Shown: one piece after another, positions 6,811-16,317 of the stretch | Numbering within the stretch: position 1 is the stretch's first letter | Layout of the letters: each line of letters begins with the position of its first letter | Assembly: GCA_964576205.1 (NCBI GenBank) | Contig: CAZNUL010000011.1 | Location: forward strand, 756-64,755 | Direction: 5' to 3' | DNA from: an uncultured Fimbriimonadaceae bacterium | GTDB taxonomy: Bacteria; Armatimonadota; Fimbriimonadia; Fimbriimonadales; Fimbriimonadaceae | Length of the DNA: 64,000 nucleotides | Notes under the pieces: model-generated | Database searches by the model: none | Told to the model about the DNA's origin: nothing | What the model saw: only the letters and a program-made list of their open reading frames with translations | Made by a program: the position numbers and the translations under genes

Positions 6811-9270
6811 ATGATACATTCCCACGAGTTCGAGGTTGGTGGCAAGACCATCTCCCTCGAAACCGGACGCGTCGCGAAACAGGCAGGCGGCGCGGTTCTT
6901 CTCGGCATGGGCGAGACGGTGATCCTTGGGGTCGCCACCATGTCCGAAAACGCCCGAGAGGGCATCGATTTTCTCCCCCTCGTCTGTGACTACGAGGAGC
7001 GGAAGTACGCCGTCGGGAAGATTCCGGGCGGATTTATGAAGCGCGGCGGAAGGCCGTCCGAAAGGGCGACGCTGACGAGCCGCTTGATGGACCGGCCGAT
7101 CCGGCCGCTCTTCCCCAAGGGTCTGCGAAACGACCTTCAGATCATCGCGATGCCATTCGCGGTCGACCAAGCTTGCCCGCCCGACGTCCTTGCGATCGTC
7201 GCCGCCGGCGCCGCCCTCGCAGTCAGCGATATTCCCGCGACACAGATCGTCGCCGGCGTCCGGATCGGACGCGTCGACGGTAAGTTCATCGTCTTCCCAT
7301 CTGTCGGCGAGCAAAAAGCCGGCGATCTCGACCTCGTCGTTGCCGGCCACAAGGGCGCGATCTCGATGGTCGAAGCTGGCGCGAGCGAAGTCTCGGAAGA
7401 GGTCATGACGGAAGCTTTGAAGGTTGCCCACAAAGCGATCGTCCAGATCTGCGGCGAGATCGAAAAGTTTGCCAAAAAGGCCGGCAAGGAGAAGCGAGAG
7501 GTTAACCTTCACTCCATCGATGAGAACCTCAAGAAGGCGATCAAAAAGGAACACGGCAAGGAGATTTCCAAGGCTCTGATCCAGAGCGACAAGGCGGTCC
7601 GCGAGTCGGCCCTCGACGACCTGAAGAAGGAGATCGTCGAGAAACTCAAGCCGGGATATGAGAATGACTCTGTTCTCCTCGCTCAGCTTCCCGAAGCTGT
7701 CGACACGGTCGTCAAAGGCACCGTCAGAGAGCTGATTATCGACAAGGATCAGCGTCCGGATGGACGCAAACTCGACGAGATCCGCCCGCTTGAAGCGGTT
7801 GCCGGACTTCTGCCGAAGGTGCATGGCTCCGGCCTCTTCACCCGGGGCCAAACCCAGGTCATGACGGTCGTGACGCTCGGCCTTCCCGGCGAAGCGCAGA
7901 CAATGGACGGTCTAGAGGAGGAAGAGCCGAAGCGCTACATGCACTTCTATAACTTCCCGCCATACTCGGTCGGCGAGGTTCGGCCAATGCGGGCTCCCGG
8001 CCGGCGGGAGATCGGCCACGGCGCCTTGGCGGAAAGAGCCTTGCGCCCGATGATCCCGCTCGATGATCCAGACTTCCCGTACACGCTGCTCCTCACGAGC
8101 GAAGTACTCGAATCGAACGGTTCCACGTCGATGGCGTCGGTCTGCGGCTCGACGCTGGCTTTGATGGACGCCGGCATCAAGATCAAGGCGCCAGTCGCCG
8201 GTATCGCTATGGGCCTGATGAGCGATGGCAAGACCTTCAAGGTTCTCACCGACATCATCGGCATGGAGGACTTCTGCGGCGACATGGACTTCAAGGTCGC
8301 GGGAACTCGAGACGGAATCACCGCACTTCAGCTCGATACGAAGCTGGAAGGGATTCCCGACGATGTGCTCGCCAAGGCGCTAGCCCAAGCGAAGAAGGCG
8401 AGGTTTGAGATCCTCGACGTCATTGAGGCTGAGATTTCGGAACCGCGGGCTACCGTCGCTTCCACCGCGCCCCAGGTCACGACGATCAAGATCAACCCCG
8501 AGAAAATCGGGGCCGTCATCGGCCCGGGTGGTGCGGTGATCAAGAAGATGACCGCGGAGACCGGGGCTTCAATCGACATCCAGCAGGACGGCACCGTCCT
8601 CGTTGGCGGCACGAACGCCGAGCAGGTCGAAGAAGCGATTGCGCGCATTCGAGCCCTTACGGAGGATATAGCGGTCGGAACCGAGTTCCACAACGTGTCG
8701 ATCACGCGGCTGATGGGCCGCGGAGCGATGGCGGAGTACATTCCCGGGAAGGAGGGCCTGATCCCGACCGATCACCTGGTTCCCGGCGGCGCTCGCCGGC
8801 CCGACGACGTCGTCCAGATTGGCGACAAGGTGAACGTGAAGGTCTTCGAGGTTGACTCGCAGGGCCGGATCAACCTGACCGCGCTTGGGATCGCCCAGGA
8901 GCACCCGAACATGCAGGAGAACGAGAAAGCCACACCTCCAGCCGGGTTCGGCGGTGGTGGAGGCGGCGGCCGCTTCGGCGGACGCGGCGGAGATCGCGAC
9001 CGGGGACGCGGTGGAGATCGCGGCGGCCGCGACGGACGCGATGGACGGGGCGGTGGACGCTTTGGCGGACGAGATCGCGACCGCGACCGCGACCGGGGTC
9101 CTCGCGAAGATCGCGACCGGCCTCCTCGCGACAGCGGAAATGATGCACCGGTTGCGACTCAGGAGCGCGCTCCCGAGAGCGCTCCGGATGTGCCGGACGC
9201 CTTCCCGACGCGGAATCGCGGCGGCGACGACGACGACAGCGTGAACGCGCGTTTCCGCCCTCGACGGTAA
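6811..9270 (+). CDS. pnp: Polynucleotide phosphorylase with a C-terminal RGG/RD-rich low-complexity tail
   Basis: Two RNase PH domains, KH and S1 regions are readable (e.g. GSGLFTRGQTQV, NGSTSMASVCG). ATG 6811 is preferred over the track's TTG 6796 because AGGAGG sits at 6801-6806. Confidence 0.95.
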   Translation: MIHSHEFEVGGKTISLETGRVAKQAGGAVLLGMGETVILGVATMSENAREGIDFLPLVCDYEERKYAVGKIPGGFMKRGGRPSERATLTSRLMDRPIRPLFPKGLRNDLQIIAMPFAVDQACPPDVLAIVAAGAALAVSDIPATQIVAGVRIGRVDGKFIVFPSVGEQKAGDLDLVVAGHKGAISMVEAGASEVSEEVMTEALKVAHKAIVQICGEIEKFAKKAGKEKREVNLHSIDENLKKAIKKEHGKEISKALIQSDKAVRESALDDLKKEIVEKLKPGYENDSVLLAQLPEAVDTVVKGTVRELIIDKDQRPDGRKLDEIRPLEAVAGLLPKVHGSGLFTRGQTQVMTVVTLGLPGEAQTMDGLEEEEPKRYMHFYNFPPYSVGEVRPMRAPGRREIGHGALAERALRPMIPLDDPDFPYTLLLTSEVLESNGSTSMASVCGSTLALMDAGIKIKAPVAGIAMGLMSDGKTFKVLTDIIGMEDFCGDMDFKVAGTRDGITALQLDTKLEGIPDDVLAKALAQAKKARFEILDVIEAEISEPRATVASTAPQVTTIKINPEKIGAVIGPGGAVIKKMTAETGASIDIQQDGTVLVGGTNAEQVEEAIARIRALTEDIAVGTEFHNVSITRLMGRGAMAEYIPGKEGLIPTDHLVPGGARRPDDVVQIGDKVNVKVFEVDSQGRINLTALGIAQEHPNMQENEKATPPAGFGGGGGGGRFGGRGGDRDRGRGGDRGGRDGRDGRGGGRFGGRDRDRDRDRGPREDRDRPPRDSGNDAPVATQERAPESAPDVPDAFPTRNRGGDDDDSVNARFRPRR

Positions 9271-9297
9271 CCGCGACGATCCGCGTCTCCGATAAGC

Positions 9298-9336
9298 ATC
9301 GGCGGCGAGGCCATCGGCCTCGCCGCCGATTGTTTG
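9298..9336 (+). terminator. Strong hairpin after pnp
   Basis: 15-bp perfect stem ATCGGCGGCGAGGCC/GGCCTCGCCGCCGAT with a 3-nt loop, followed by TGTTTG (weak U tract). Confidence 0.6.
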
Positions 9337-9436
9337 CGAGTTAACCGGCTCACAACAATTTCTTAGCATGCGCTCAGTACGATCACGCCGAGCGGCCGAT
9401 TGGGAGTCGGCCAGATAGGTTGGAAAGGAGGAGAAC

Positions 9437-12400
9437 ATGAGTCACTTGAGACGCAGTTCGTTGGCAGCTGTGCTTCTATCAGCCGCGGGTGTGGCCCACG
9501 CTCAGATCGATGTCCAGAATTGGGGCCGGGTCACGACGCCGGTCTTTGGGACCTCGGAGTCCGGCGCCTATTCCGGAGCCGAGCTGTTTGCCGGTCCCAT
9601 GAAGTTCGGGGCGGCCTACTTCAACGGGATTCTGCCGAACGGGCGCATCGTCCGGCCGGCCGGCGCGAGCATCCAAATCGGGATGAATCCCCTTGGGTGC
9701 GCGCTGACGCCTGATGGCAAATACCTCATCACGACGAACGATGACGAGCGCGACGCTGGGGCGAGCTTCGTTTCCTTGTTGAACCCGACGAACCAAGGAT
9801 CGTACTCGATCTCGGTCGTGGACACTTCCACAATGATGGTGGTCTCTCAGGCAAACGCGGTTGGCAGGTTCTTCATTGGTCTTCAGGTCTCGGGAAACGG
9901 ACCGTACAAGATCTGGGCTTCGGGCGGCGCCGACCAGAACGTTAAAGTGTTCAATCTGTCCGCCGCAGGCGTGATCAACCCTGTTTCGGCGAATATTGCG
10001 ATCTCCCCGATAACCCCCAAGGACGCCGGATTCGTATCGAGCTTCACGCCGGTTTCGACCGGTCTGACCATACCGGGAGCTGTGGCGGGTGGCCCATCCG
10101 GTGGTCCCTCCGTCGGCTCGACCGCGGGAGGCCATATCACGTTCCCGGCGGGCTCGGCCCTCTCTGGACACTATCTCTACGTCGCATGCAACGGGGATAA
10201 CAGTGTCGCCGTTATCGACACTTCCACGAACACCGTGGTAAAGCAAGTTCCGGCCGGCTACTTCCCCTACGGCGTGGCGGTCGGCAACAACGGAGACATT
10301 GCCGTCTCAAACTGGGGGATCACCGAGTATAAGTTCCTCAATCCGACCTACGACCCGAGCGGCAACCTTTCCGCCCTCGGATTCAAGGCCGGAGCGCCGG
10401 ACGGTTTCTACGTGCCGCCGACTTCCATTTCGGGAGCTGCACCGAAAACCTCCTCGATCTCGCTCTATCAAAGCGGTGCGACGTTGACTCCGAACGGAGC
10501 CGTCTACCTGGGCCAGCCGGGCGGTATCGATGCGACGAATTTAGTAGGCGACACTCATCCATCGGCGATGGCGATCGTGCGGAAGGGCCAAGGGGTCATG
10601 GAGGTCCTATTCGTAGCCAAGACCAACAGCGACTCGCTGGGAGTCATCCAACTACAGAATGGGCACCGCCTCGACGACGTAGACCTGTCTCCGGTAGGGG
10701 TGACCCTAGCCGACGGCCACCAGGTGCATGGCGCCTATCCGAACGCGATCGTCGTCTCGCCTGACAACAACCTGATGTTCGTCGGCGAAGCCGGCCTCAA
10801 TTCGGTAGCCGTGCTCGACACTCACAACCCAGTAAAGCCGAAGCTTCTCGGGCGCATTCCAACCGGCTGGTATCCGACAGGCTTAGCCCTTAGCCCGGAC
10901 GGCCGGTCGCTTTACGTCATCAACGCAAAGGGTATCGGCGAGGACCTCAATTCGAATACGGTGTCGGGACCACACAGCCCGACGGGAATCGAATCCTTTA
11001 CGGACGGGAACTTCATCTTCGGCACTGCTCAGAAGATCAATGTCGACGATGCCGTCGCGCACCTAGACAATTCGACCGTCCTCGGATACAACTATGCCGT
11101 CAACGCCAATGCCGACGCGAGCGTCGTGCCGGTCGGCGGCACGGCATCGGGCAAGATCAAGCACGTCATCTTCATCCTGCACGAAAACAAGACCTTCGAT
11201 TCGATGCTCGGGAATCTAGGCTCTCACTTTGGGACGTTTTCGTCCACGATGTTCAATGCCCGCGGAGGAGCGATTCAGACCGACGCGCAATTCACGCCGG
11301 TTTCATTGAACACGCAGATGTTGGCGGGCTCCTTCGCCACGGCCGTCAACTACTACTCCGACTCCGAGGAGAGCGATGCCGGCCACCAGTTCTGCATGTC
11401 CGGTACCGCCAGCGACTACACGGAAAAGACGCTCCTGGTCAAGGGTGGGCGAGGCATGCTCGTGAACAAGAACTTCGAGCCGGAGGATTATCCCGAGGGG
11501 GGATATATCTTCAACAATGCGGCAAGGCACGGCGTCACGTTCAAGGAGTACGGAATCGAAGCCGCGAGAACGATCGGAAGCGATACCGGAAGCCTAAAGC
11601 CGGCCTCGCTGAACGATCCTACGAGTGGAAATGCCGGTTATCCGACCAGCGTCTCACCCCTGACGAATGTGGGCGATGTCGATAGCGCGACCCAGGGCGT
11701 CGGCCACGGCTTCTTCATGAAGTTCCCCGGATTGGCGGTTCTCGGAACCGCAAACCCGGGCGGAGAGCCGCGGATCGACTTGGATTACCCCGGCTACAAC
11801 TTACACATTTCCGACCAGCCCCGCGCGACGCACTTTATCGCGGACTTCGACCGAATGCTGGCGGCGGGCACTTTGCCCAAGTTCATCTACCTGTATGAGC
11901 CGAGCGACCATACTGGCACGCCGTTCGTCGCGACCAACGTGCCCGCGCCCACCGGCGCAGAGCAGGTTGCCGATGGCGACGTTGGACTCGGCATGGTGGT
12001 CAAGCACATCATGAACAGCCCGGCTTATTACGACGCCGCCTCTGGAACCGGCAGCGCGATCTTCATCACCTACGACGATGCTCAGTCGACTCGCGACCAC
12101 ATCCATGAGCACCGTACTCCGATGATGGTGGTGAGTCCGTTTGCGAAGTCGAGCGGTGTGGGCCAAGGCTTTGTCGCGAAACGGCACTATTCGACGGCGT
12201 CGGTCGTCAAGACTGAGGAACTGCTTCTCGGCATCCCTCCGAATAACCTGGGCGATCTCTTCGCTACGGATTTGCGCGACATGTTCCAAGCGACCTATAA
12301 CGGGATCACCGCGGCCGACCTGACGTTCAATCCTGCCGTGGTTTACAAGGCGTCACCCGAGGGAAGGAAGATCTGGGCGCTCGCGAAGAATCTTGATCTC

Positions 12401-12592
12401 TCGGGCCCCGACCGGGACAGCCGGCGACTCGGAGCTCTGAACCACTTGTCGATGCAAGCGGATGCGCTCCACGCCGAAGCAGTCCGGAAGCATCACCTCA
12501 AGGGCAAGGATTACCTCGCTTTGCAGTCCCGGCTCTTGAGGTTAGCCTCGAACCTTACCAGCGGACCGGCTCCGCGCGACAGCGACGATTAG
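9437..12592 (+). CDS. Secreted fusion of a beta-propeller (YncE/YVTN-like) and a phosphoesterase (PLC/AcpA family)
   Basis: Signal peptide, then repeated segments such as SPDGKYL, SPDNNLMFV and SPDGRSLYV. The C-terminal half starts with IKHVIFILHENKTFDSMLG, typical of the phosphoesterase family. Confidence 0.7.
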   Translation: MSHLRRSSLAAVLLSAAGVAHAQIDVQNWGRVTTPVFGTSESGAYSGAELFAGPMKFGAAYFNGILPNGRIVRPAGASIQIGMNPLGCALTPDGKYLITTNDDERDAGASFVSLLNPTNQGSYSISVVDTSTMMVVSQANAVGRFFIGLQVSGNGPYKIWASGGADQNVKVFNLSAAGVINPVSANIAISPITPKDAGFVSSFTPVSTGLTIPGAVAGGPSGGPSVGSTAGGHITFPAGSALSGHYLYVACNGDNSVAVIDTSTNTVVKQVPAGYFPYGVAVGNNGDIAVSNWGITEYKFLNPTYDPSGNLSALGFKAGAPDGFYVPPTSISGAAPKTSSISLYQSGATLTPNGAVYLGQPGGIDATNLVGDTHPSAMAIVRKGQGVMEVLFVAKTNSDSLGVIQLQNGHRLDDVDLSPVGVTLADGHQVHGAYPNAIVVSPDNNLMFVGEAGLNSVAVLDTHNPVKPKLLGRIPTGWYPTGLALSPDGRSLYVINAKGIGEDLNSNTVSGPHSPTGIESFTDGNFIFGTAQKINVDDAVAHLDNSTVLGYNYAVNANADASVVPVGGTASGKIKHVIFILHENKTFDSMLGNLGSHFGTFSSTMFNARGGAIQTDAQFTPVSLNTQMLAGSFATAVNYYSDSEESDAGHQFCMSGTASDYTEKTLLVKGGRGMLVNKNFEPEDYPEGGYIFNNAARHGVTFKEYGIEAARTIGSDTGSLKPASLNDPTSGNAGYPTSVSPLTNVGDVDSATQGVGHGFFMKFPGLAVLGTANPGGEPRIDLDYPGYNLHISDQPRATHFIADFDRMLAAGTLPKFIYLYEPSDHTGTPFVATNVPAPTGAEQVADGDVGLGMVVKHIMNSPAYYDAASGTGSAIFITYDDAQSTRDHIHEHRTPMMVVSPFAKSSGVGQGFVAKRHYSTASVVKTEELLLGIPPNNLGDLFATDLRDMFQATYNGITAADLTFNPAVVYKASPEGRKIWALAKNLDLSGPDRDSRRLGALNHLSMQADALHAEAVRKHHLKGKDYLALQSRLLRLASNLTSGPAPRDSDD

Positions 12593-12611
12593 CCAGCATG
12601 TATGATTCCTG

Positions 12612-12647
12612 AGCGGCGGGGCCTCTGGCCCCGTCGCTTTGTTTTTT
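12612..12647 (+). terminator. Rho-independent terminator
   Basis: 12-bp GC-rich stem (one G-T pair) with loop TCT, followed by TTTGTTTTTT. Confidence 0.85.
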
Positions 12648-12685
12648 GGGCGCACTGTGCGGGAACGAACTCAGTTGGTCCATTC

Positions 12686-12724
12686 TCTAAACAAAGCGGG
12701 ATCGGCTTGGGGCTAGCCGATCCC
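12686..12724 (-). terminator. Rho-independent terminator for the cytochrome c gene
   Basis: 10-bp stem GGGATCGGCT/AGCCGATCCC with a 7-nt loop. On the minus strand it is followed by CTTTGTTT. Confidence 0.6.
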
Positions 12725-12756
12725 CCATAGAATTTGATTGGTTGTCGAGAAGTCGC

Positions 12757-13074
12757 CTAGGCTGGGAGCTGCCCTGCCTTCAGAAGTTCGCCGTTGGTCT
12801 GGCCCTTTCCTCCCGATTTCTTGCCGTCGATGCTATGCAGGATCGCCGGGGTAATCGTCTTGGATCCCTTAAGCGCGGCCTTGACATCGATTCCGTAGGC
12901 GTTGAGTTTGGAGCCGCCCATCTTGCTCGTGTGGCAAAGCTGGCATTTGGCGTTTGCCGCGGCTGACCCGGCTGGGAACTTGTAGGTATCCTGCGCAACC
13001 TTGACAAAGCTGCCAAGCGCGAATGCGGCAACGCTCAAGCCTAGGATGCCGCTGGTAATTAGTAGTCTTTTCAT
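12757..13074 (-). CDS. Small secreted monohaem c-type cytochrome
   Basis: Signal peptide plus one CxxCH haem-binding motif (CQLCH). AGGAGG RBS. Confidence 0.65.
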   Translation of the reverse strand: MKRLLITSGILGLSVAAFALGSFVKVAQDTYKFPAGSAAANAKCQLCHTSKMGGSKLNAYGIDVKAALKGSKTITPAILHSIDGKKSGGKGQTNGELLKAGQLPA

Positions 13075-13241
13075 GAGCCTCCTGGAGAATATCGGTTCGG
13101 ATTTGCCTCCAACCTAATGTCGCCCAATCAAAGACGACTCAAATAGCGTGGATTTCCTGTCATAGGTTTCAAGGACGAGCCCGGCCGTCGTCGCTTCGAC
13201 TAACGCAGCCGGGGGACCCAACCTACGACGCGCTCCAGTCG

Positions 13242-15074
13242 CTAGCGCTCGATTTCTGTCAGGACCGGCTCCAACTCCTCGTTGGGGCCGATCGCTTCCC
13301 TGATCTGCCGGGCCAACGATCGAGCCTCGTCGGCGTGGCCGGCTCGCTTGGCGGCGAGGGCGAGGTTGATGTGGATACCGAGAGCGCCAGGCATGTTCAT
13401 GGCTGCGAATCGCATGATCTGATAGGCCTCGTCGTTTCGATTGAGGGCGGAAAGCGCGTTCACCAACTCGCCGTAGCCTGGCTCGCATCCTGGGAAAAGC
13501 TCCAAAAGCCTCTTTGCCGCTTGCTCCGCTTCTTCGGATTCACCCAGACGATTGTGGGCAGCGCTGAGAAGCGCCCACAGCTTCCAGTAATCCGCCAGCC
13601 AGTTGCGGAGAGGCTTCAATTCCCGGATCGCGCCGGCGAAGTCCTCCTCGTTCATTTTTGCCTCGGCATTCTGAACCGACTCCACACGCTTGGGCTGTTC
13701 CAGCTCGATCAACCAGGCGAGAGTCTGAGCTCGCGTATTCGGATCGGGATTTGCCTGGAGCACGTCGCGCAAGACCTTGGGAATCTCGAAGTCGCGACCC
13801 GCCGTCTTCAGGGTGTTGGCATATTCTAGAAGAAGCTGGATGTCGGTCGGGGACCCGTCTAGGCAGTCTTCGTAGTAGTCCATCGCCCGGTCAAGATCGC
13901 CTTTCTGAGCGAGGTAGGGGGCGAAGAACCGTTTGACCACGGTGTTGTCCTCTAGGGACTCCAGCGCGGTCTCAAACGCCCGTTCGCCTTCCTCGGTGCT
14001 TCCCGCCTGGATCAGCGACACCGCATACTTGCCACGCGCAGGACCATTCTGTGGGTTGGCATCGATGATCGCCTTCCAAATTGGGGGCACTTCGTGAGCG
14101 CGGTTGGTTTGCTGGAGGACGTTAGCGAGGAAGTCCGCGGAGGGCTTGTCGGGCCCTTCGAGTTCGAGGGCCTTGCGGAGATTGCGCTCGGCGTTGACCG
14201 GCATCCCGCCGGCTAGCTGAGCGAGTCCGACCTTTGTCCACAGGGCGGGCTCCTCCGGCTTCAGGTTCGCCGCCTTCTCGTAGTAGTCCGCCGCCTTGCT
14301 CTGGTCATTAACGACGCTAAACACCTCGCCGAGACCAAACCATGCACGATACTCGTCGGGGAGCAGCTGAGTGAGCTTGAGCAGCGTATCGCGGAGGAGT
14401 TCGAAGGTGCCGATTCGGTATGCGGCGCAGGCCCGGCAAAGCTCCACGCAGACCTCATAAGGAGCGACGAAATCCGCGTCGGCCTCCACGGCCTGGAGCA
14501 GCGACTGGAGGGCGCCCTCCGGGGAGAACTCTTTGACGACCCGGCCCTCTGCTTGTTGAATATAGGTGAAGGCATCGTAGCCGGTGAGGAAGTCCAGAAA
14601 TGCGCTGGGATCGTCGGTGCCGAACTCCATCGTGTCGCCCGAAAGAGTCTCGGGGAGCGGAGCCTGGGCTTCCTCCGCGAGCCGCTTTACAAGCTTATGA
14701 AGGGTCTGAAAGACCTCCGCTTTCGTGAACTTGTATTCCTCAGTCGAAGACTTTGGCTCTTCGTCGAAGTGATGAAATCGTAGCGTAAGGTCGAAGTTTC
14801 CATCCTGCTCTTTAACGGCGCCATCCATGACCAGCGCGACTCCCGCTTGATTGGCGAGATCCCGGACTTGGTCGTCTTGAAGGAGGCTGTCACCGAGGTT
14901 GACGAAGCCCATACGCGGCCCTTCTTCGGAGTCCTGTTGGGCGAGATAGCTGACGTTGTTGACCTCCATCTCGGTCGCCGCTCGGATCTGATCGCCGGCG
15001 AAGGCCGCGAATTGCCTGCCAAGTGCGGGCGGCGTGCCCTCGTGGGCGCTGAAAGGAAGGACGGCAATCTTCAT
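13242..15074 (-). CDS. TPR-repeat protein
   Basis: Repeated A/L/Y-rich 34-aa helical patterns run throughout. Start chosen at MKIAVLPF; the track start 15137 would overlap lpxB by 35 nt, so the start is uncertain. Confidence 0.7.
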   Translation of the reverse strand: MKIAVLPFSAHEGTPPALGRQFAAFAGDQIRAATEMEVNNVSYLAQQDSEEGPRMGFVNLGDSLLQDDQVRDLANQAGVALVMDGAVKEQDGNFDLTLRFHHFDEEPKSSTEEYKFTKAEVFQTLHKLVKRLAEEAQAPLPETLSGDTMEFGTDDPSAFLDFLTGYDAFTYIQQAEGRVVKEFSPEGALQSLLQAVEADADFVAPYEVCVELCRACAAYRIGTFELLRDTLLKLTQLLPDEYRAWFGLGEVFSVVNDQSKAADYYEKAANLKPEEPALWTKVGLAQLAGGMPVNAERNLRKALELEGPDKPSADFLANVLQQTNRAHEVPPIWKAIIDANPQNGPARGKYAVSLIQAGSTEEGERAFETALESLEDNTVVKRFFAPYLAQKGDLDRAMDYYEDCLDGSPTDIQLLLEYANTLKTAGRDFEIPKVLRDVLQANPDPNTRAQTLAWLIELEQPKRVESVQNAEAKMNEEDFAGAIRELKPLRNWLADYWKLWALLSAAHNRLGESEEAEQAAKRLLELFPGCEPGYGELVNALSALNRNDEAYQIMRFAAMNMPGALGIHINLALAAKRAGHADEARSLARQIREAIGPNEELEPVLTEIER

Positions 15075-15102
15075 GTGGGCGCAGTTTACCGGTGCCCTTC
15101 CG

Positions 15103-16236
15103 TTAGCCGCATCCTGCGCCATCCGCGATCCGCGCAATCAAATCAGCCGTCTTCGTGATCGCGTCGTCAGGACCAAGGATCTGATCGATCTCCTCGAATC
15201 CTCGCAGTTGCGCGTCACGCTCGGACCCCTCGGACAGAAGGGGTTCCAGCGCAGCCCTGATCTGAGAAGGATCGACCTCCAACCCGGCTAGCTCCGGAAC
15301 CAGCATGCGGTCGAGCACGATGTTTGGGAGCGCAATGTACTTAGGTCGCTTGAATCCGATGATCCTGCCCTCGATCGCCATCGCCCTCGTGATCCGGTAT
15401 ACGACGACATGCGGACACCGCATCAGGGCTGCCTCAAGTGTCGCGGTCCCCGAACATACGATCGCAGCCCGGCCCCTTGCCAGGACCCCATAGACGTCGC
15501 CCTGGGTGAAAAGGTCGCTGCGACCCGGCGCCAGCCGGGTCCACGTAGCCCTGAAGCCGTCCAGGTCTAGGTTTGGCGCGACAGCGAACTCAAGCTTCGC
15601 ATCACCGATATCCCAGGCCTCGAGGAGGTCAGCCACCATCGGCAAATGCCTCGCCAGCTCCGTCTTTCGGCTTCCCGGCAGGACCGCGATCGTTTGCCCT
15701 GTGCCGCCGGCCGGCCGGGCAACCCCATGCCCCGACGAGCGAACCAACTGCTTGATCGGATGGCCGAAGAAGTGGACATTCGCACCAGCCTCGCGCAACA
15801 GATCGGCCGACCATGGAAACGGCGTCACAACCGCATCCGTGAGGCCAGGCAGGTCCCTTCCTTGCCGTTTCCGGTTGTAGGAGCCTGGTGGCATCAAGTA
15901 CAGGACTTTCCAGCCATGGCGCTTCGCCCATTTGCATTGCAAGATGTTGAAGAATCCAAAGTCGATCGGGACAAACAGTCCAGGCGAACCCTTCGCCATC
16001 TGTCGCCGAGCCTTCATACCACCTCGTCTGGCCCGGAAAAAGACGCCGATCGACTGGACGATACTCACCGCGCCCCACTTCGACGAATCGGCGACAAGCT
16101 CGCCAATGGCTTCGCGGAGTCGCCTGCCCCCTATTCCCTCGAACGTGAATGGCTTTCCAGTTCTGCGGAGCTCCTCGACCAGCGCGGCCGCACACGCATC
16201 GCCGGAAGCCTCGCCGGCCGACAGGAAGATGCGCAT
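15103..16236 (-). CDS. lpxB: Lipid-A-disaccharide synthase
   Basis: N-terminal MRIFLSAGEASGD motif, with length and layout matching GT19 LpxB. Confidence 0.85.
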   Translation of the reverse strand: MRIFLSAGEASGDACAAALVEELRRTGKPFTFEGIGGRRLREAIGELVADSSKWGAVSIVQSIGVFFRARRGGMKARRQMAKGSPGLFVPIDFGFFNILQCKWAKRHGWKVLYLMPPGSYNRKRQGRDLPGLTDAVVTPFPWSADLLREAGANVHFFGHPIKQLVRSSGHGVARPAGGTGQTIAVLPGSRKTELARHLPMVADLLEAWDIGDAKLEFAVAPNLDLDGFRATWTRLAPGRSDLFTQGDVYGVLARGRAAIVCSGTATLEAALMRCPHVVVYRITRAMAIEGRIIGFKRPKYIALPNIVLDRMLVPELAGLEVDPSQIRAALEPLLSEGSERDAQLRGFEEIDQILGPDDAITKTADLIARIADGAGCG

Positions 16237-16317
16237 GGAGCATTGTAGCGTGGCACATGGGATGGCGAAAGCTTCTGGGACTGTCGCAATCGTGTCAGAT
16301 ATGCTAGGCCAAGCCTA

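Noticed and set aside
6742-7851. Long ORFs antisense to real genes. Examples are 6742..7851 and 8569..9438 opposite pnp, 33692..34609 opposite the S41 peptidase, and 41643..42560 opposite typA. Others are 58938..59636 opposite the anti-sigma gene and 15629..16258 / 15646..16248 around lpxB.
   Set aside because: Stop-poor shadow frames are expected in GC-rich DNA. Their translations are Arg/Ala/Gly/Pro-rich without motifs, while the opposite strand encodes clearly recognisable conserved proteins.
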